64,000 bases of DNA from an uncultured Haloferula sp. Lineage in GTDB: Bacteria > Verrucomicrobiota > Verrucomicrobiia > Verrucomicrobiales > Akkermansiaceae. Where the stretch lies: contig CBFGTS010000013.1 of the NCBI GenBank assembly GCA_965652295.1, forward strand, positions 32,001 to 96,000, in the 5' to 3' direction. The notes beneath the pieces were generated by a model. That model did not search any database, was not told where the DNA came from, and saw only the letters and a list, made by a program, of their open reading frames with translations. The number at the start of each line of letters is the position of its first letter. Within the stretch, counting starts at the first letter, position 1. This document shows positions 37,194 through 47,665 of the stretch, in pieces. The position numbers were made by a program, and so were the translations under genes.

Positions 37194-37616
37194 ATGTTTG
37201 GATACGGTAAAATGAGCGCCTGTGCGGTGGCCGCGATGAGCGCCCTCGCGGAAAAGCACGGAACGGGAGAATCGCTCAGCTCGCAGCAGATCGCCGACAG
37301 CCGCAACCTGTCGAAGCCGTTGGTCGCGAAGATCCTGACGGTGCTCTCGCAAGCCGGCTTTGTCGTCGGCACCCGCGGTCCCGGCGGCGGCTATCGCCTC
37401 GGCCGCGATCCCGGGGACGTCACGGTGCTCGATGTCGTGGCGCTTTTCGAGGGTCACCGGGAAATCAGCGCCTGCCCTTTCGGCCCCGGTTGGTGCGGAG
37501 TGGGCGACCCCTGCCCTCTTCACGACATCCTGGCCGATCTCTCCGACTCCACCGCGGCCACCCTGCGCAACGTGAGCTTCGCCGCCTTCGTGGGCCATGG
37601 GAAGGGAAGCCAATAG
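37194..37616 (+). CDS. Rrf2-family Fe-S transcriptional regulator
   Basis: wHTH with GTRGPGGGYRL; C-terminal CPFGPGWCGVGDPCPLH (Cys3-His). Confidence 0.92.
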   Translation: MFGYGKMSACAVAAMSALAEKHGTGESLSSQQIADSRNLSKPLVAKILTVLSQAGFVVGTRGPGGGYRLGRDPGDVTVLDVVALFEGHREISACPFGPGWCGVGDPCPLHDILADLSDSTAATLRNVSFAAFVGHGKGSQ

Positions 37617-37617
37617 G

Positions 37618-38286
37618 ATGATCGCTGCCGGGATCCGCGCCGTCTTCTTCGACGTCTACGGTACGCTGCTCGACGGCACGCGTCATCCGGACCGACACGA
37701 AAGAATGGCTGCCGTGGCGGAACGTTTCGGGGTGAAGGCGGAGTGCCGGATCGATGAGGCCTTCGACCGCGCCGTGGCCGCCGCGCACCGGGCGTCGGGC
37801 GAGCCGTTTCCGGAAATCGACGTCCGCGCACTCTGGAGGCTGATCTTTCCGGCGCTCACGGAGACCGACGCGTTCGCGCTGGAAATCGAGGAGGCGGTGC
37901 ATCCGGTGATCGTCCACGAGGAGGGGGCCGAGATCCTTCACCAAGCAGTGCAACAAGGGCTGCCGATCGGGATCATCTCGAACGCCCAAGCCTACACACG
38001 GGTTCTGTTGGAACGGCATTTCCCTGACGTCTGGCCGTGTTTGCGAAAGGATCTGATGACCTTCTCCTATGAACATCGGATCGCCAAGCCGGACCGGCGG
38101 TTGTTTGAAGAAGCGATCCGTCCTCTCATCCACGAAGGCCTCTCCCCTGGCGAAATCCTGATGGTCGGCGACTCCCCCACCCATGACATCCAGCCGGCGG
38201 AGGCACTGGGACTGCGGACTCTTCTCTTACCTCGGCAGGCCCGCCGCCCAGGGTTTCCCGTTGCCCGGAACAATGCGCGGCGGTAG
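37618..38286 (+). CDS. HAD-family hydrolase
   Basis: FFDVYGTL, ISNA, KPD, MVGDSPTHDI. Confidence 0.88.
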   Translation: MIAAGIRAVFFDVYGTLLDGTRHPDRHERMAAVAERFGVKAECRIDEAFDRAVAAAHRASGEPFPEIDVRALWRLIFPALTETDAFALEIEEAVHPVIVHEEGAEILHQAVQQGLPIGIISNAQAYTRVLLERHFPDVWPCLRKDLMTFSYEHRIAKPDRRLFEEAIRPLIHEGLSPGEILMVGDSPTHDIQPAEALGLRTLLLPRQARRPGFPVARNNARR

Positions 38287-38295
38287 AACCGCACC

Positions 38296-39894
38296 ATGGA
38301 AGAAAAAGTCCGGGAACTGGTGGAGCGGTTCTTCGAATGGGACAGGGAAGAGGTGACCGCGATCTTTCAGGAACTGCTGCTCGGTATGGAAGCCGAAGAA
38401 GGCCTGCCTCCCGGCGGGCTGATGTCCCGCAACTACGACACCGCGCAGGCGAATCCCGAAATCCATACGCTGCCCGGCAATTTGAAAGACGCGCGCGATG
38501 CCATCTTCCCCTTCTTCTGGGGCACCGACGGCTGGTATTCGCCGCTGCACCTCGAGAACGTCAAGGGTCCGGCCAACCTCGCCTCGCTGATCGGCGCGCT
38601 GGCCTGCCTGCTCAAGGACCCGAACCTCTGCGTGGACACCTATTGCCTGCGTTCGAACGAGCTTGAGGTGAAATCCATCACCGCGCTGGCGAACCTGGTG
38701 TTCTATCACACCGAATCGCCCTGGGGTGTCTTCACCATGGGCGGCACGATTTCGAACCTCTACGGCGGGAAGCTCGGCATCGAGAAGATCGTGCCGGGTG
38801 CGATGCAGACCGGTCTCGGCGGCCGCCGGGTGGTCGGGATCGTGTCCGAGGCCGGCCACTACTCGAACGCCACCCTCGCCGGCTGGCTCGGCATCGGCAC
38901 TGACAACCTGATCGCGATCCCGACCGATGAACGGTTCGCCATGCGCGTGGACCTGCTCGCCGAAAAGCTCGACCGCCTCTACTCCGAAGGCGCGGCGGTG
39001 GCTTTCGTCATCGGCACCTTCGGGACCACCGACGCCTATGGGATCGATGACATCGCCGCAATCCGGCGGACGATCCGTGAGGCCGCGGAAAAACACGGCG
39101 CGATCGAGCCCCACCTGCACGTGGACGCGGCCGTCGGCTGGGTCAGCTGTTTCCTCACCGACTACGACCTGGATGCCAACCCGCTGCGGTTTCCGGACAC
39201 ACTCAAACCGATCGTGCGGGCGACTCAGGAACTCACCGTCGGTTTCCGCGAGGCGGACTCCGTGACCATCGATTTCCACAAAATGGGATGGGGGCACTAC
39301 CCATCGAGCGCGATGATCGTCAACCGCCGCGCCGACTTGTCCCGCCTGTTCCGCGAGAAGAAGGACGTGCCTTACTTCTCCGAGGCCGATTACCGGCACG
39401 ATCCGGCGCTGTTCACGCTGGAATGCTCACGCCCGGCGATCGGCCCCTACACCGTGATGGCCTCGCTCAATGCGATCGGGCTCGACGGCTACCGCCTGCT
39501 CATCGCCGATGCCTTCCACAAAGCGCGCTTGCTCAAGGAGCGCATCGAGGCGCTGCCCTACTGCAAGGTGCTCAACATGGAAAACCCCGGCCCGTCCGTG
39601 CTGTGGTGGGTGTTTCCCAAAGGACGCGACGCCAAGGCGATCCATGCCGACCTTCTGGCGGGCAAGCTCGGCGAGGGCGACCGCACCCGCTATTTCGGCG
39701 AGATCCATCATCTCTATCAGAAACGAGCCGAAACCATGGACGTGAGAAAGGATGCACGACTGAGCTACACCTCCAGCACCGGATTCAGCCCCGGTGGATG
39801 CCAGGTGCCGGCGTGGAAAGCCGTGTTCTTCAACCCGAAAACCGACATGGCGGTCCTCGACAAGGTGATCGAGAGCATCGAGGAACTCGCGTGA
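38296..39894 (+). CDS. Group II PLP-dependent decarboxylase
   Basis: GVFTMGGTISN, GHYS, GTTDAYGID, HVDAAVG, ADSVTIDFHK. Confidence 0.88.
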   Translation: MEEKVRELVERFFEWDREEVTAIFQELLLGMEAEEGLPPGGLMSRNYDTAQANPEIHTLPGNLKDARDAIFPFFWGTDGWYSPLHLENVKGPANLASLIGALACLLKDPNLCVDTYCLRSNELEVKSITALANLVFYHTESPWGVFTMGGTISNLYGGKLGIEKIVPGAMQTGLGGRRVVGIVSEAGHYSNATLAGWLGIGTDNLIAIPTDERFAMRVDLLAEKLDRLYSEGAAVAFVIGTFGTTDAYGIDDIAAIRRTIREAAEKHGAIEPHLHVDAAVGWVSCFLTDYDLDANPLRFPDTLKPIVRATQELTVGFREADSVTIDFHKMGWGHYPSSAMIVNRRADLSRLFREKKDVPYFSEADYRHDPALFTLECSRPAIGPYTVMASLNAIGLDGYRLLIADAFHKARLLKERIEALPYCKVLNMENPGPSVLWWVFPKGRDAKAIHADLLAGKLGEGDRTRYFGEIHHLYQKRAETMDVRKDARLSYTSSTGFSPGGCQVPAWKAVFFNPKTDMAVLDKVIESIEELA

Positions 39895-39934
39895 TGGAAA
39901 CATCCGGCGTCCGCCGGGCTCGTCCCCACAATGA

Positions 39935-39948
39935 ATAGAACGGTTTAT
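39935..39948. promoter_or_regulatory. LacI-type operator-like site (weak copy)
   Basis: ATAGAACGGTTTAT upstream of the GPH transporter. Confidence 0.45.
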
Positions 39949-39992
39949 TTTCTTGCTTGTGGCGGACAAAACCGGCTTGAAACCCCCAACGC

Positions 39993-41513
39993 ATGAATTC
40001 TCATCCGGCGCCCGACACCAAGCTCTCCTTCCGGGAGAAAGCAGGCTACAGCTTGGGAGATGCCTCGGCCAATTTCGTCTTCCAGATGTTTCTGGTGTTT
40101 CCCACGGCGTTCTATGTCGACGTGATGGGGATCAGCGCCGCCTCGATGGGCACCATGCTGTTGCTCGTCCGCTTCAGTGACGCGATCACCGACCCCATCA
40201 TGGGATTCATCGCCGACCGCACGAAGCATCGCTGGGGAAAATTCAGGCCCTGGCTGCTGTGGTCCGCCCTGCCCTTCGCCTTGTTGTTCTGGGCCGCCTT
40301 CACCGTGCCGTCCGGACTCGGTGACACCGCACGCCTCTGGTACGCCGTCGGCACCTACACCTTGCTCATGATGGCCTACACCATGAACAACGTGCCGTAT
40401 TCCTCGCTCAACGGCGTCATGACGAGCGACGGCATCGAGCGGACCAGCGTGTCCTCCTACCGGTTCTTCGCGGCGATGTGCGCCGCCTTCATCGTCCAGG
40501 GTTTCACCTTGCCGCTGGTGAGCAAGTTCGGCGACGGTGACCCCGCCCGTGGCTGGTCGGTCACCGTCGCCCTGTTCGCGGGCATTTCGGTGATCTTTTT
40601 CATCATCACCTTCTTCAGCGTGAAGGAGCGGGTCGAGCCGCCGGCCAACCAGAAGCCGGACCTCAAACAGGATTTCAGGGACATCGGACGCAACCGGCCG
40701 TGGCTGGCGATGTTCGGCATGACCCTGTTCGTCTTCATCACCCTCGCGCTCCGCGGAAACGCCGGATACGTGCATTTCAAATACTACCTCGACTCGGAAA
40801 CGTTGAGGACCTTCATCGAAAGCCTCGGCTTCTATGCCACGCCCACCGCACTGGAGAGTCCGGGCCTCGGCTTCAAGGCGCTCGATCTCTTCGGGCTGAT
40901 CCTCAAGCCCGGCGACAGCCCTGTGGCGATCGGCTTCAGCCTCTTCAATATGACCAGCAGCCTGGTCAACATCATCGGCGTGCTCGCCGCCAAACCGCTG
41001 GCGCGGATCTTCGGCAAGAAGATGGTATTCGTCGTCGGACTCGCCGGAGCCGCCCTTTGCCAATCGTTGGTTTCCTTCGCGTCACCGACGGACATTCCGT
41101 GGGTGTTCCTGCTCACCGTCCTCACCAGCATGTGCTACGGCCCCACCATTCCCCTGCTCTGGGCGATGATCGCGGACACCGCGGACTGGGGAGAGTGGAA
41201 GTCCCACCGCCGTTCCACCGGCTTCGTTTTCGCCGGAATGGTCTTCGCGCTGAAGGCTGGTCTCGGTGTCGGCGGAGCCCTGGCCGGTTGGCTTCTGGCA
41301 GCCTACGGCTACAGCCCGGAAACCGCCACCCAGCCCGAGGTTCTCCGCGGCATCCGGCTGCTCGTGGGTCTCTGGTCGGGAGGATTTTTCTCCGTGGGCG
41401 TGGTCTTCATGCTCTTCTATCCGATCACCAAACGGATGGAGCAGCGGATGGCCGAAGAGCTGGAAAGCCGTCGCCGAGAGGTCATGCCTTCCGCAATGCC
41501 CGGGGCGGTCTAG
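39993..41513 (+). CDS. GPH-family (MFS) glycoside/pentoside:cation symporter, XynT-like
   Basis: EKAGYSLGD, DAITDPIMGFIADRT..RWGKFRPW, NVPYSSL, MIADTADWGEW. Confidence 0.92.
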   Translation: MNSHPAPDTKLSFREKAGYSLGDASANFVFQMFLVFPTAFYVDVMGISAASMGTMLLLVRFSDAITDPIMGFIADRTKHRWGKFRPWLLWSALPFALLFWAAFTVPSGLGDTARLWYAVGTYTLLMMAYTMNNVPYSSLNGVMTSDGIERTSVSSYRFFAAMCAAFIVQGFTLPLVSKFGDGDPARGWSVTVALFAGISVIFFIITFFSVKERVEPPANQKPDLKQDFRDIGRNRPWLAMFGMTLFVFITLALRGNAGYVHFKYYLDSETLRTFIESLGFYATPTALESPGLGFKALDLFGLILKPGDSPVAIGFSLFNMTSSLVNIIGVLAAKPLARIFGKKMVFVVGLAGAALCQSLVSFASPTDIPWVFLLTVLTSMCYGPTIPLLWAMIADTADWGEWKSHRRSTGFVFAGMVFALKAGLGVGGALAGWLLAAYGYSPETATQPEVLRGIRLLVGLWSGGFFSVGVVFMLFYPITKRMEQRMAEELESRRREVMPSAMPGAV

Positions 41514-41637
41514 GAACAAAACTCCCACTCCCGCCGAAATCCGATGCGACCGCCGTTCCACCACCCAACCCAGGCCCCGAAAACCAACGCTGCCGACCGT
41601 CTTTCTCCGGCTAAAGCCTTGCAATCCGTCGGTGTAA

Positions 41638-41651
41638 ATTAAACGTTTCAA
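41638..41651. promoter_or_regulatory. LacI-type operator-like site
   Basis: ATTAAACGTTTCAA just upstream of GH43. Confidence 0.65.
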
Positions 41652-41656
41652 CCGAG

Positions 41657-43327
41657 ATGAAGCCAGTCTCCTCCCACTCGTCACGAAGCGTCGCTCCTTC
41701 CATGGTGAATTCCTGCCCGGTCAAGCCCGGCGACATTCGGAATCCGATTCTGAAAGGCTTCAACCCCGATCCCTCGATCCTCCGTGTTGAAAACGACTAC
41801 TTCATCGCCTGCTCCACCTTCGAGTGGTATCCCGGCGTCCAGATCCATCACTCCCGGGATTTGGTGAATTGGCACCTGCTGGGCCGCCCGCTCGACCGGC
41901 CGGGCCAGCTGGACATGATCGGCAATCCGGATTCCGGCGGCGTCTGGGCACCGTGTCTTTCCTACGCCAACGGCCTCTACTATCTCATTTACTCCGACAT
42001 GAAGGCGTGGAAGGGCAACGCCTACAAGGTCGCCCGCAACTACCTCGTCACCGCGCCCTCCCCGGAGGGTCCGTGGTCGGACCCGGTTTTCCTCAACGCC
42101 AGCGGTTTCGATCCCTCGTTTTTCCATGACGACGACGGCCGCATGTGGCTTCTCAACATGCTCTGGGATCACCGCACCGGCCACAATCGCTTCGCCGGCA
42201 TCCTGCTTCAGGAATTCTGTCCCGAGACCCATCAGCTGATCGGTCCCGTGACGAATATCTTCAAAGGCACCGAGCGGGGTCTCGTGGAAGGCCCCCACCT
42301 TTACAAACGCAATGGCTGGTACTATCTCCTGACCGCCGAGGGCGGCACCGAGTATCGCCACGCCTGCACCCTGGCCCGGTCCCGGCGGATCGAGGGACCT
42401 TACGAGTTGCACCCGGACGGGCATCTCCTCACTTCGGACGGATCGCCGCAGCTTCCCTTGCAGAAGGCCGGGCACGGATCGCTGGTGGAAACGCCCGCGG
42501 GCGAGTGGTATCTCGCTCACCTTTGCGGTCGCCCGGTCGATGGCAAACACTGCACCCTGGGCCGGGAAACCGCGCTGCAGAAGTGCGTGTGGGGAGATGA
42601 CGATTGGCTGCGTCCCAAGCAGGGAGGCACGTCGCCCGACGTGTGTGTCGAAGGTCCTCTCGGACTCGCAGCCGCGCCGTTTGACTCATCCCCCTGGAAC
42701 GGCCTCTTCGATGGGCCGGCGCTCGATCTTCATTTCCAGAGCCTGCGTCGCCCGATCACGGATGGCTGGCTGAGTCTGACGGAACGCCCGGGATACCTGC
42801 GGCTCAAAGGCATGGAGCCCACGGTCAGCTGCTTCCGCCAGAGCCTCATCGCCCGCCGCGTCCAGGCCTTCGACATCACGGCGGAAACGTCCGTCGAGTT
42901 CGATCCCACCAGCTTCCAGCAGATGGCGGGCCTCATCGCCTACTACGACACGGAAAACCACTACTACCTGCGGCTCAGTCACGACGAAGACCTCGGGCGC
43001 TCCCTTAACATCATCGCCACGGATGCCGGTCACAGCGGTGAAGTGCTTGATGAAGATATCGCCGTCCCCGCGACGGGCCCAATCGGCATGCGGCTGCATT
43101 TCAAGAAAACCGAGCTCCGTTTCGAGTTCCGCGCGCCGGAAGGAAGCTGGCAGGCGATCGGCCCTGTCCTCAACGGCGCGATCCTTTCCGATGACTACCA
43201 TCATCTCGGGTTCACCGGAGCGTTCGTAGGCATCTGCTGCCAGGACCTCACCGGACGGAAGCTCCACGCCGACTTCTCCTGTTTTCATTATTCCGAGAAC
43301 GACAACGTCCCGGCGGAAGACGGATGA
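41657..43327 (+). CDS. xynB: GH43 beta-xylosidase, no signal peptide (start may be 41702)
   Basis: [45 protein letters not shown]. Confidence 0.9.
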   Translation: MKPVSSHSSRSVAPSMVNSCPVKPGDIRNPILKGFNPDPSILRVENDYFIACSTFEWYPGVQIHHSRDLVNWHLLGRPLDRPGQLDMIGNPDSGGVWAPCLSYANGLYYLIYSDMKAWKGNAYKVARNYLVTAPSPEGPWSDPVFLNASGFDPSFFHDDDGRMWLLNMLWDHRTGHNRFAGILLQEFCPETHQLIGPVTNIFKGTERGLVEGPHLYKRNGWYYLLTAEGGTEYRHACTLARSRRIEGPYELHPDGHLLTSDGSPQLPLQKAGHGSLVETPAGEWYLAHLCGRPVDGKHCTLGRETALQKCVWGDDDWLRPKQGGTSPDVCVEGPLGLAAAPFDSSPWNGLFDGPALDLHFQSLRRPITDGWLSLTERPGYLRLKGMEPTVSCFRQSLIARRVQAFDITAETSVEFDPTSFQQMAGLIAYYDTENHYYLRLSHDEDLGRSLNIIATDAGHSGEVLDEDIAVPATGPIGMRLHFKKTELRFEFRAPEGSWQAIGPVLNGAILSDDYHHLGFTGAFVGICCQDLTGRKLHADFSCFHYSENDNVPAEDG

Positions 43328-43343
43328 ACCCACATTCCTTCCG

Positions 43344-45494
43344 ATGAAGTTGAACTGCCGCAGCATCTTGTGGACGCTGGCACTCCTGCCGCTGTCCCTC
43401 ATCGCGGAGGATGGCTATCGCCTTTGGATGGGCTATGACACCCTGGAGCCCCAGGCAGTGCGCCGGCTTTCGCCCCACCTGACCGCCCTGTGTGCACCGG
43501 GTGCCTCCGAAATCCAGCGATCCACGCGCCGCGAAATCCTCAAAGCCATCCCCGCGCTGCTGGACACGGATTTTCCCGAGATCGACGCCGTCACGCAGGA
43601 TGGCGTCGTCGTTGTCGGAACACCCGAAAGCTCTCCCACCATCGCCCGGTTGGAACTGGCCGACGAACTGGCAGGGATCGGACCTTCCGGGTTCCTGATT
43701 CGCTCCACGGAGGTCGAAGGTCACCGCGTGACGGTGATCGCGGCTCCCGACGACCAAGGCGCTCTCTACGGCGCTTTCGCTTTCCTCCGCCACCTCCAGA
43801 ACGGCCACCCTCTCGACGCCCTTTCCCTGAAAGAACGGCCACGATTCCAGCTGCGCCTGCTCAATCACTGGGACAACCTCGATGGCACGATCGAGCGGGG
43901 CTATGCCGGCAGCTCCCTTTGGCCATGGGCCGAGCTACCGGACGAGGTGCCCCCCCGGCTCACCGACTACGCCCGCGCCAATGCCTCGGTCGGACTGAAC
44001 GGCACCGTGCTCAACAACGTCAATGCCAGCTCCAGGAGCCTCACGCCGGAGTATCTTGAGAAAGCCGCAGCGATCGCCGGCACCCTGCGACCCTACGGCA
44101 TCCGCGTGTTTCTCAGCGCCCGGTTTTCCTCACCCATCGAACTCGGCGGACTCGACACCGCGGACCCGGCCGACCCGCGCGTGCTCGCCTGGTGGGAGAA
44201 AAAGGTCTCGGAGATCTACTCGTTCATTCCCGACTTCGGCGGCTTTCTCGTGAAGGCGAACAGCGAGGGCCAACCCGGCCCCCTCACCTACGGTCGCACC
44301 CATGCCGACGGTGCCAACATGCTTGCCGCCGCCCTGCGGCCCCATGGCGGCATCGTGATGTGGCGGGCCTTCGTCTACGACCCGGCACCCGGTTCCGACC
44401 GCATCGCCCAGGCTTACGATGCGATGAAGCCGCTTGATGGCGGGTTCGCGCCCAATGTCATCGTCCAGGTCAAGAACGGCCCGCTCGACTTCCAGCCGCG
44501 CGAACCTTTCCACCCCTTGTTCGGAGGCATGGCGAAATCCCAGATCATGCCCGAACTGCAGATCACCCAGGAATACCTCGGCCACTCCCGGCAGCTCGCC
44601 TACCTCGCGCCCATGTGGGAGGAGTTCTTCAACGCCGACACCTTTGCGCAAGGCAAGGGATCCATCGTGGCGGAGACCGTGGATGGGTCCCTCTTTCCCC
44701 AGAAACTGACCGCCATCGCCGGCGTCGCCAACACGGGCAGCGACCGCAACTGGACCGGCCATCCCCTCGCCCAGAGCAACTGGTATGCCTTCGGCCGCCT
44801 CGCATGGAATCCCGACCTCGATCCGGAAAGCATCGCGCGGGAATGGATCACCATGACCCTCACCCGCGACGAAACGGCCGTAGCGACCCTGGCTGAGCTG
44901 TTGATGGAATCCCACGAAGCCGTCGTGAACTACTCGATGCCCCTCGGCCTTCACCACCTCATGTGGGAAGGCCACCACTACGGTCCCCAGCCGTGGTGCG
45001 ACCATCTCCCGCGGGCCGATTGGAACCCGACCTACTTCCATCGTGCCGCCGCGGATGGCATCGGCTTCGATCGCACAAAATCCGGCAGCAACGCCGTCGC
45101 CCAGTACCACCCCGAGGTCCGCGCACGCTTCTCCGATCCCTCCACCTGTCCCGATGCATACCTCCTCTGGTTCCACCACCTGCCGTGGGATTTCAAAATG
45201 AAGTCAGGCAAGACCCTCTGGGACGAACTCTGTCTTCACTACCAGCAGGGCGTGGACTGGATGGGCGAAGCCCGCGACCAGTGGTCGTCCGTGAAGGATC
45301 AGATCCATCCGGACATTCATGCGGAGGTCGGTCGACGGCTTGCCATCCAGCAGCGGGATGCCATCCGCTGGCGCGATGCATGCCTCCTCTACTTCCAGAC
45401 GTTCTCCGGTCTGCCGTTCCCTTCACGAGTCGGACCCGTGGTAACTCCGCTTGCAGAAGCCAGAACCATCGATCCCCTCGAATCGGATCGCTGA
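43344..45494 (+). CDS. aguA: GH67 alpha-glucuronidase
   Basis: [54 protein letters not shown]. Confidence 0.95.
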   Translation: MKLNCRSILWTLALLPLSLIAEDGYRLWMGYDTLEPQAVRRLSPHLTALCAPGASEIQRSTRREILKAIPALLDTDFPEIDAVTQDGVVVVGTPESSPTIARLELADELAGIGPSGFLIRSTEVEGHRVTVIAAPDDQGALYGAFAFLRHLQNGHPLDALSLKERPRFQLRLLNHWDNLDGTIERGYAGSSLWPWAELPDEVPPRLTDYARANASVGLNGTVLNNVNASSRSLTPEYLEKAAAIAGTLRPYGIRVFLSARFSSPIELGGLDTADPADPRVLAWWEKKVSEIYSFIPDFGGFLVKANSEGQPGPLTYGRTHADGANMLAAALRPHGGIVMWRAFVYDPAPGSDRIAQAYDAMKPLDGGFAPNVIVQVKNGPLDFQPREPFHPLFGGMAKSQIMPELQITQEYLGHSRQLAYLAPMWEEFFNADTFAQGKGSIVAETVDGSLFPQKLTAIAGVANTGSDRNWTGHPLAQSNWYAFGRLAWNPDLDPESIAREWITMTLTRDETAVATLAELLMESHEAVVNYSMPLGLHHLMWEGHHYGPQPWCDHLPRADWNPTYFHRAAADGIGFDRTKSGSNAVAQYHPEVRARFSDPSTCPDAYLLWFHHLPWDFKMKSGKTLWDELCLHYQQGVDWMGEARDQWSSVKDQIHPDIHAEVGRRLAIQQRDAIRWRDACLLYFQTFSGLPFPSRVGPVVTPLAEARTIDPLESDR

Positions 45495-45535
45495 CGGAAA
45501 GCGGACGGCGACACTTCCCCTCCAGTCTGAAACCC

Positions 45536-45563
45536 GGACGGCCGCGATCTCTCGCGGCCGTCC
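45536..45563. terminator. Perfect 12-bp hairpin between convergent genes
   Basis: ggacggccgcga-tctc-tcgcggccgtcc. Confidence 0.6.
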
Positions 45564-45596
45564 ATATGATAAGGGGGGGATAAAAAACAGGGCGGA

Positions 45597-46316
45597 TCAG
45601 GCCCGGCGGCGGCGAACCAGTGCCGGGAGGGCGAACGCGCCAAGCAGCACCATGGAGCTGCTCGGTTCCGGGACGGCGGTGAAGCCCACGGAAACCTCGC
45701 CCCACTGCCAACCTCCGTTCCATCCGACCTGCTGCGATCCGGCCACGCCGCCAAGACCCGAGCCGGCGGCTACCGAACCACCGCCGATTCCCGAGTTGGC
45801 ATCCGCCCAGCCGTCCTTGTCGACGACGGAGGTGGAGAAGGGATTCACCGTGGCGTCGTCGGACGGTCCGTTGTTCACGCCCAGGAAGTTCACGATGTAC
45901 TGGTTGTCCGCCCCTGTAGCAATCGTTTGCCCGCTTCCGGTGGCAACAGGTGCAGCCGTATCCACCCCACTCAGCTCATAGATGAAGTAGGCCGTGTTGG
46001 CGGAGGCCGAGCCAAAGCTGTGAACGAAACTGGCGGACGTTCCCGCATTGTGGAAGTAAGCCAGAGAAGTCCGGCTGTTCTGCACCGTGCCGTCTGCCGC
46101 GACACCGTTGTAGGTGGCACCGACCAGGCTGTAGTCGGCGTCAGCATAGGTTCCGAACACCAAAGTGTTCCCTGGACTGGCCAACGTGTAGCTGACGGTG
46201 CCCGTTCCCGTGGTTGCGTCGAAGCTCCCGCTCTGGGTGTTGACGACCGAAATGGCCGCGGAGGCGGTGCCAACAATGGTCAGACTGATCAATGTAGAGA
46301 TTGCAGATGCCTTCAT
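45597..46316 (-). CDS. PEP-CTERM surface protein within the xylan locus
   Basis: Signal MKASAISTLISLTIVGTASA; C-terminal VPEPSSSMVLLGAFALPALVRRRR. Confidence 0.9.
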   Translation of the reverse strand: MKASAISTLISLTIVGTASAAISVVNTQSGSFDATTGTGTVSYTLASPGNTLVFGTYADADYSLVGATYNGVAADGTVQNSRTSLAYFHNAGTSASFVHSFGSASANTAYFIYELSGVDTAAPVATGSGQTIATGADNQYIVNFLGVNNGPSDDATVNPFSTSVVDKDGWADANSGIGGGSVAAGSGLGGVAGSQQVGWNGGWQWGEVSVGFTAVPEPSSSMVLLGAFALPALVRRRRA

Positions 46317-46402
46317 TCGTTTGGGGTTTTTGTTTGGGGGCCGAAGGCTCCCGCGCCAGGAATGCCCGACGTGGGGAAACATGACCTTCGAATCGCACTC
46401 TA

Positions 46403-46449
46403 ATTAAACGTTACAGCTTCGGCCGCAAGCAAAAAATAGAACGTTTCAT
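46403..46449. promoter_or_regulatory. Two LacI-type operator-like sites
   Basis: ATTAAACGTTACAG (46403-46416) and ATAGAACGTTTCAT (46436-46449) upstream of the PEP-CTERM gene. Confidence 0.65.
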
Positions 46450-46494
46450 TCCTGATGGGCGTTCCGTCTCGGAAGCGACCCTTCCGGCACAAGC

Positions 46495-47625
46495 TCAATG
46501 GCCTTTTCCCAACTCCACCACCGCCTGGAACGCGGGTTTAGGGTCGCGGTTCCGGTCGAAGAGCAGCGGGTGGTTCGTCCGGCCCCGGATCGGAAAGCCA
46601 TTGAGCCACGACTGACCGTCGTTCAAACCCCAGAACGTGATGCGATCGATGCTCCGGCGGTGCTTCAGATAGACTTCGAAGATCTCGCGGTATCGCTCGG
46701 CCAGTTTTTCCTGCATCTCTTCCGGCAGACCCTCCGTGTAGGGGTTGGTGGCGGAATCCCCCTCCTCGCGGCGGCTGATGTCGGCGTTGCCGAAAGCACC
46801 ACGGTTGGGAAGCACATCGACATCGAGCTCCGTGATCATCACTTTCAGCCGCAGCCCGGCGAATGCCTTGATCGTCTTTTCGATTTCGTCGACCGATGGA
46901 TGGTTCAGGTGAAAGTGGGACTGGGTGCCGATCCCATCGATCGGAACTCCCCGGCGCAGCAGCCCACGCACGAGCTTCACGCAGTTCTCGCGCTTCCGTT
47001 CGTTTTCGAGACCATAGTCGTTGTAGTAGAGCTCCGCCTTGGGGTCGGCCTCGCGGGCGAAACGGAACGCGTGGTCGATGAAATCATCGCCAATGATCCG
47101 ACGCCACGGCGAGTCCCGGAGGATGTCGTCGCCCCCGTCGGAAAGAGCCTCGTTCACCACGTCCCAGCCCTTCACCTTCCCCTTGTAGCGGCCGGCGACT
47201 TTGAAAATGTGCTCCTTCATCCGCGCCAGCAGCTCCTCCCGCGTCGCGTCCCCGCCGTCCTCCCCTGCGAAGACCCAGCGCGGCGTCTGGCTGTGCCAGA
47301 CGAGCGTGTGTCCGATCACCTCCATCCGGTGTTTCCGTGCGAACCGGATGTACTCGTCCGCCGCATCGAAGCGATACTCCTTCGGCTCCGGATGCAGCGA
47401 CTGCCACTTCATGTCGTTTTCCGCGGTGAGCGACGAAAACTGTTCCCCGGCAAGCTCTCCTGCCGCCTGGTTCTGTCCATTCACCATGGAGGTGTTGAGA
47501 GCCACTCCGATCGAAAAGTCGTTCTTGAAAACCTCCCTCAGCGTTGGCTCCGCGGCAGCGGCAATGCCGCAGGCGATGGAGACGGCGGCGACGGAGGACA
47601 GGGCGGATTGGAATCGTTGGATCAT
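46495..47625 (-). CDS. GH10 endo-1,4-beta-xylanase
   Basis: Signal peptide; ENDMKW, GHTLVWHSQ, WDVVNE, YNDY, ITELDV. Confidence 0.95.
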   Translation of the reverse strand: MIQRFQSALSSVAAVSIACGIAAAAEPTLREVFKNDFSIGVALNTSMVNGQNQAAGELAGEQFSSLTAENDMKWQSLHPEPKEYRFDAADEYIRFARKHRMEVIGHTLVWHSQTPRWVFAGEDGGDATREELLARMKEHIFKVAGRYKGKVKGWDVVNEALSDGGDDILRDSPWRRIIGDDFIDHAFRFAREADPKAELYYNDYGLENERKRENCVKLVRGLLRRGVPIDGIGTQSHFHLNHPSVDEIEKTIKAFAGLRLKVMITELDVDVLPNRGAFGNADISRREEGDSATNPYTEGLPEEMQEKLAERYREIFEVYLKHRRSIDRITFWGLNDGQSWLNGFPIRGRTNHPLLFDRNRDPKPAFQAVVELGKGH

Positions 47626-47665
47626 GCTCTTCTAAGAGGTCGCAGGTGAAAAGGTGGTCTCCGAT

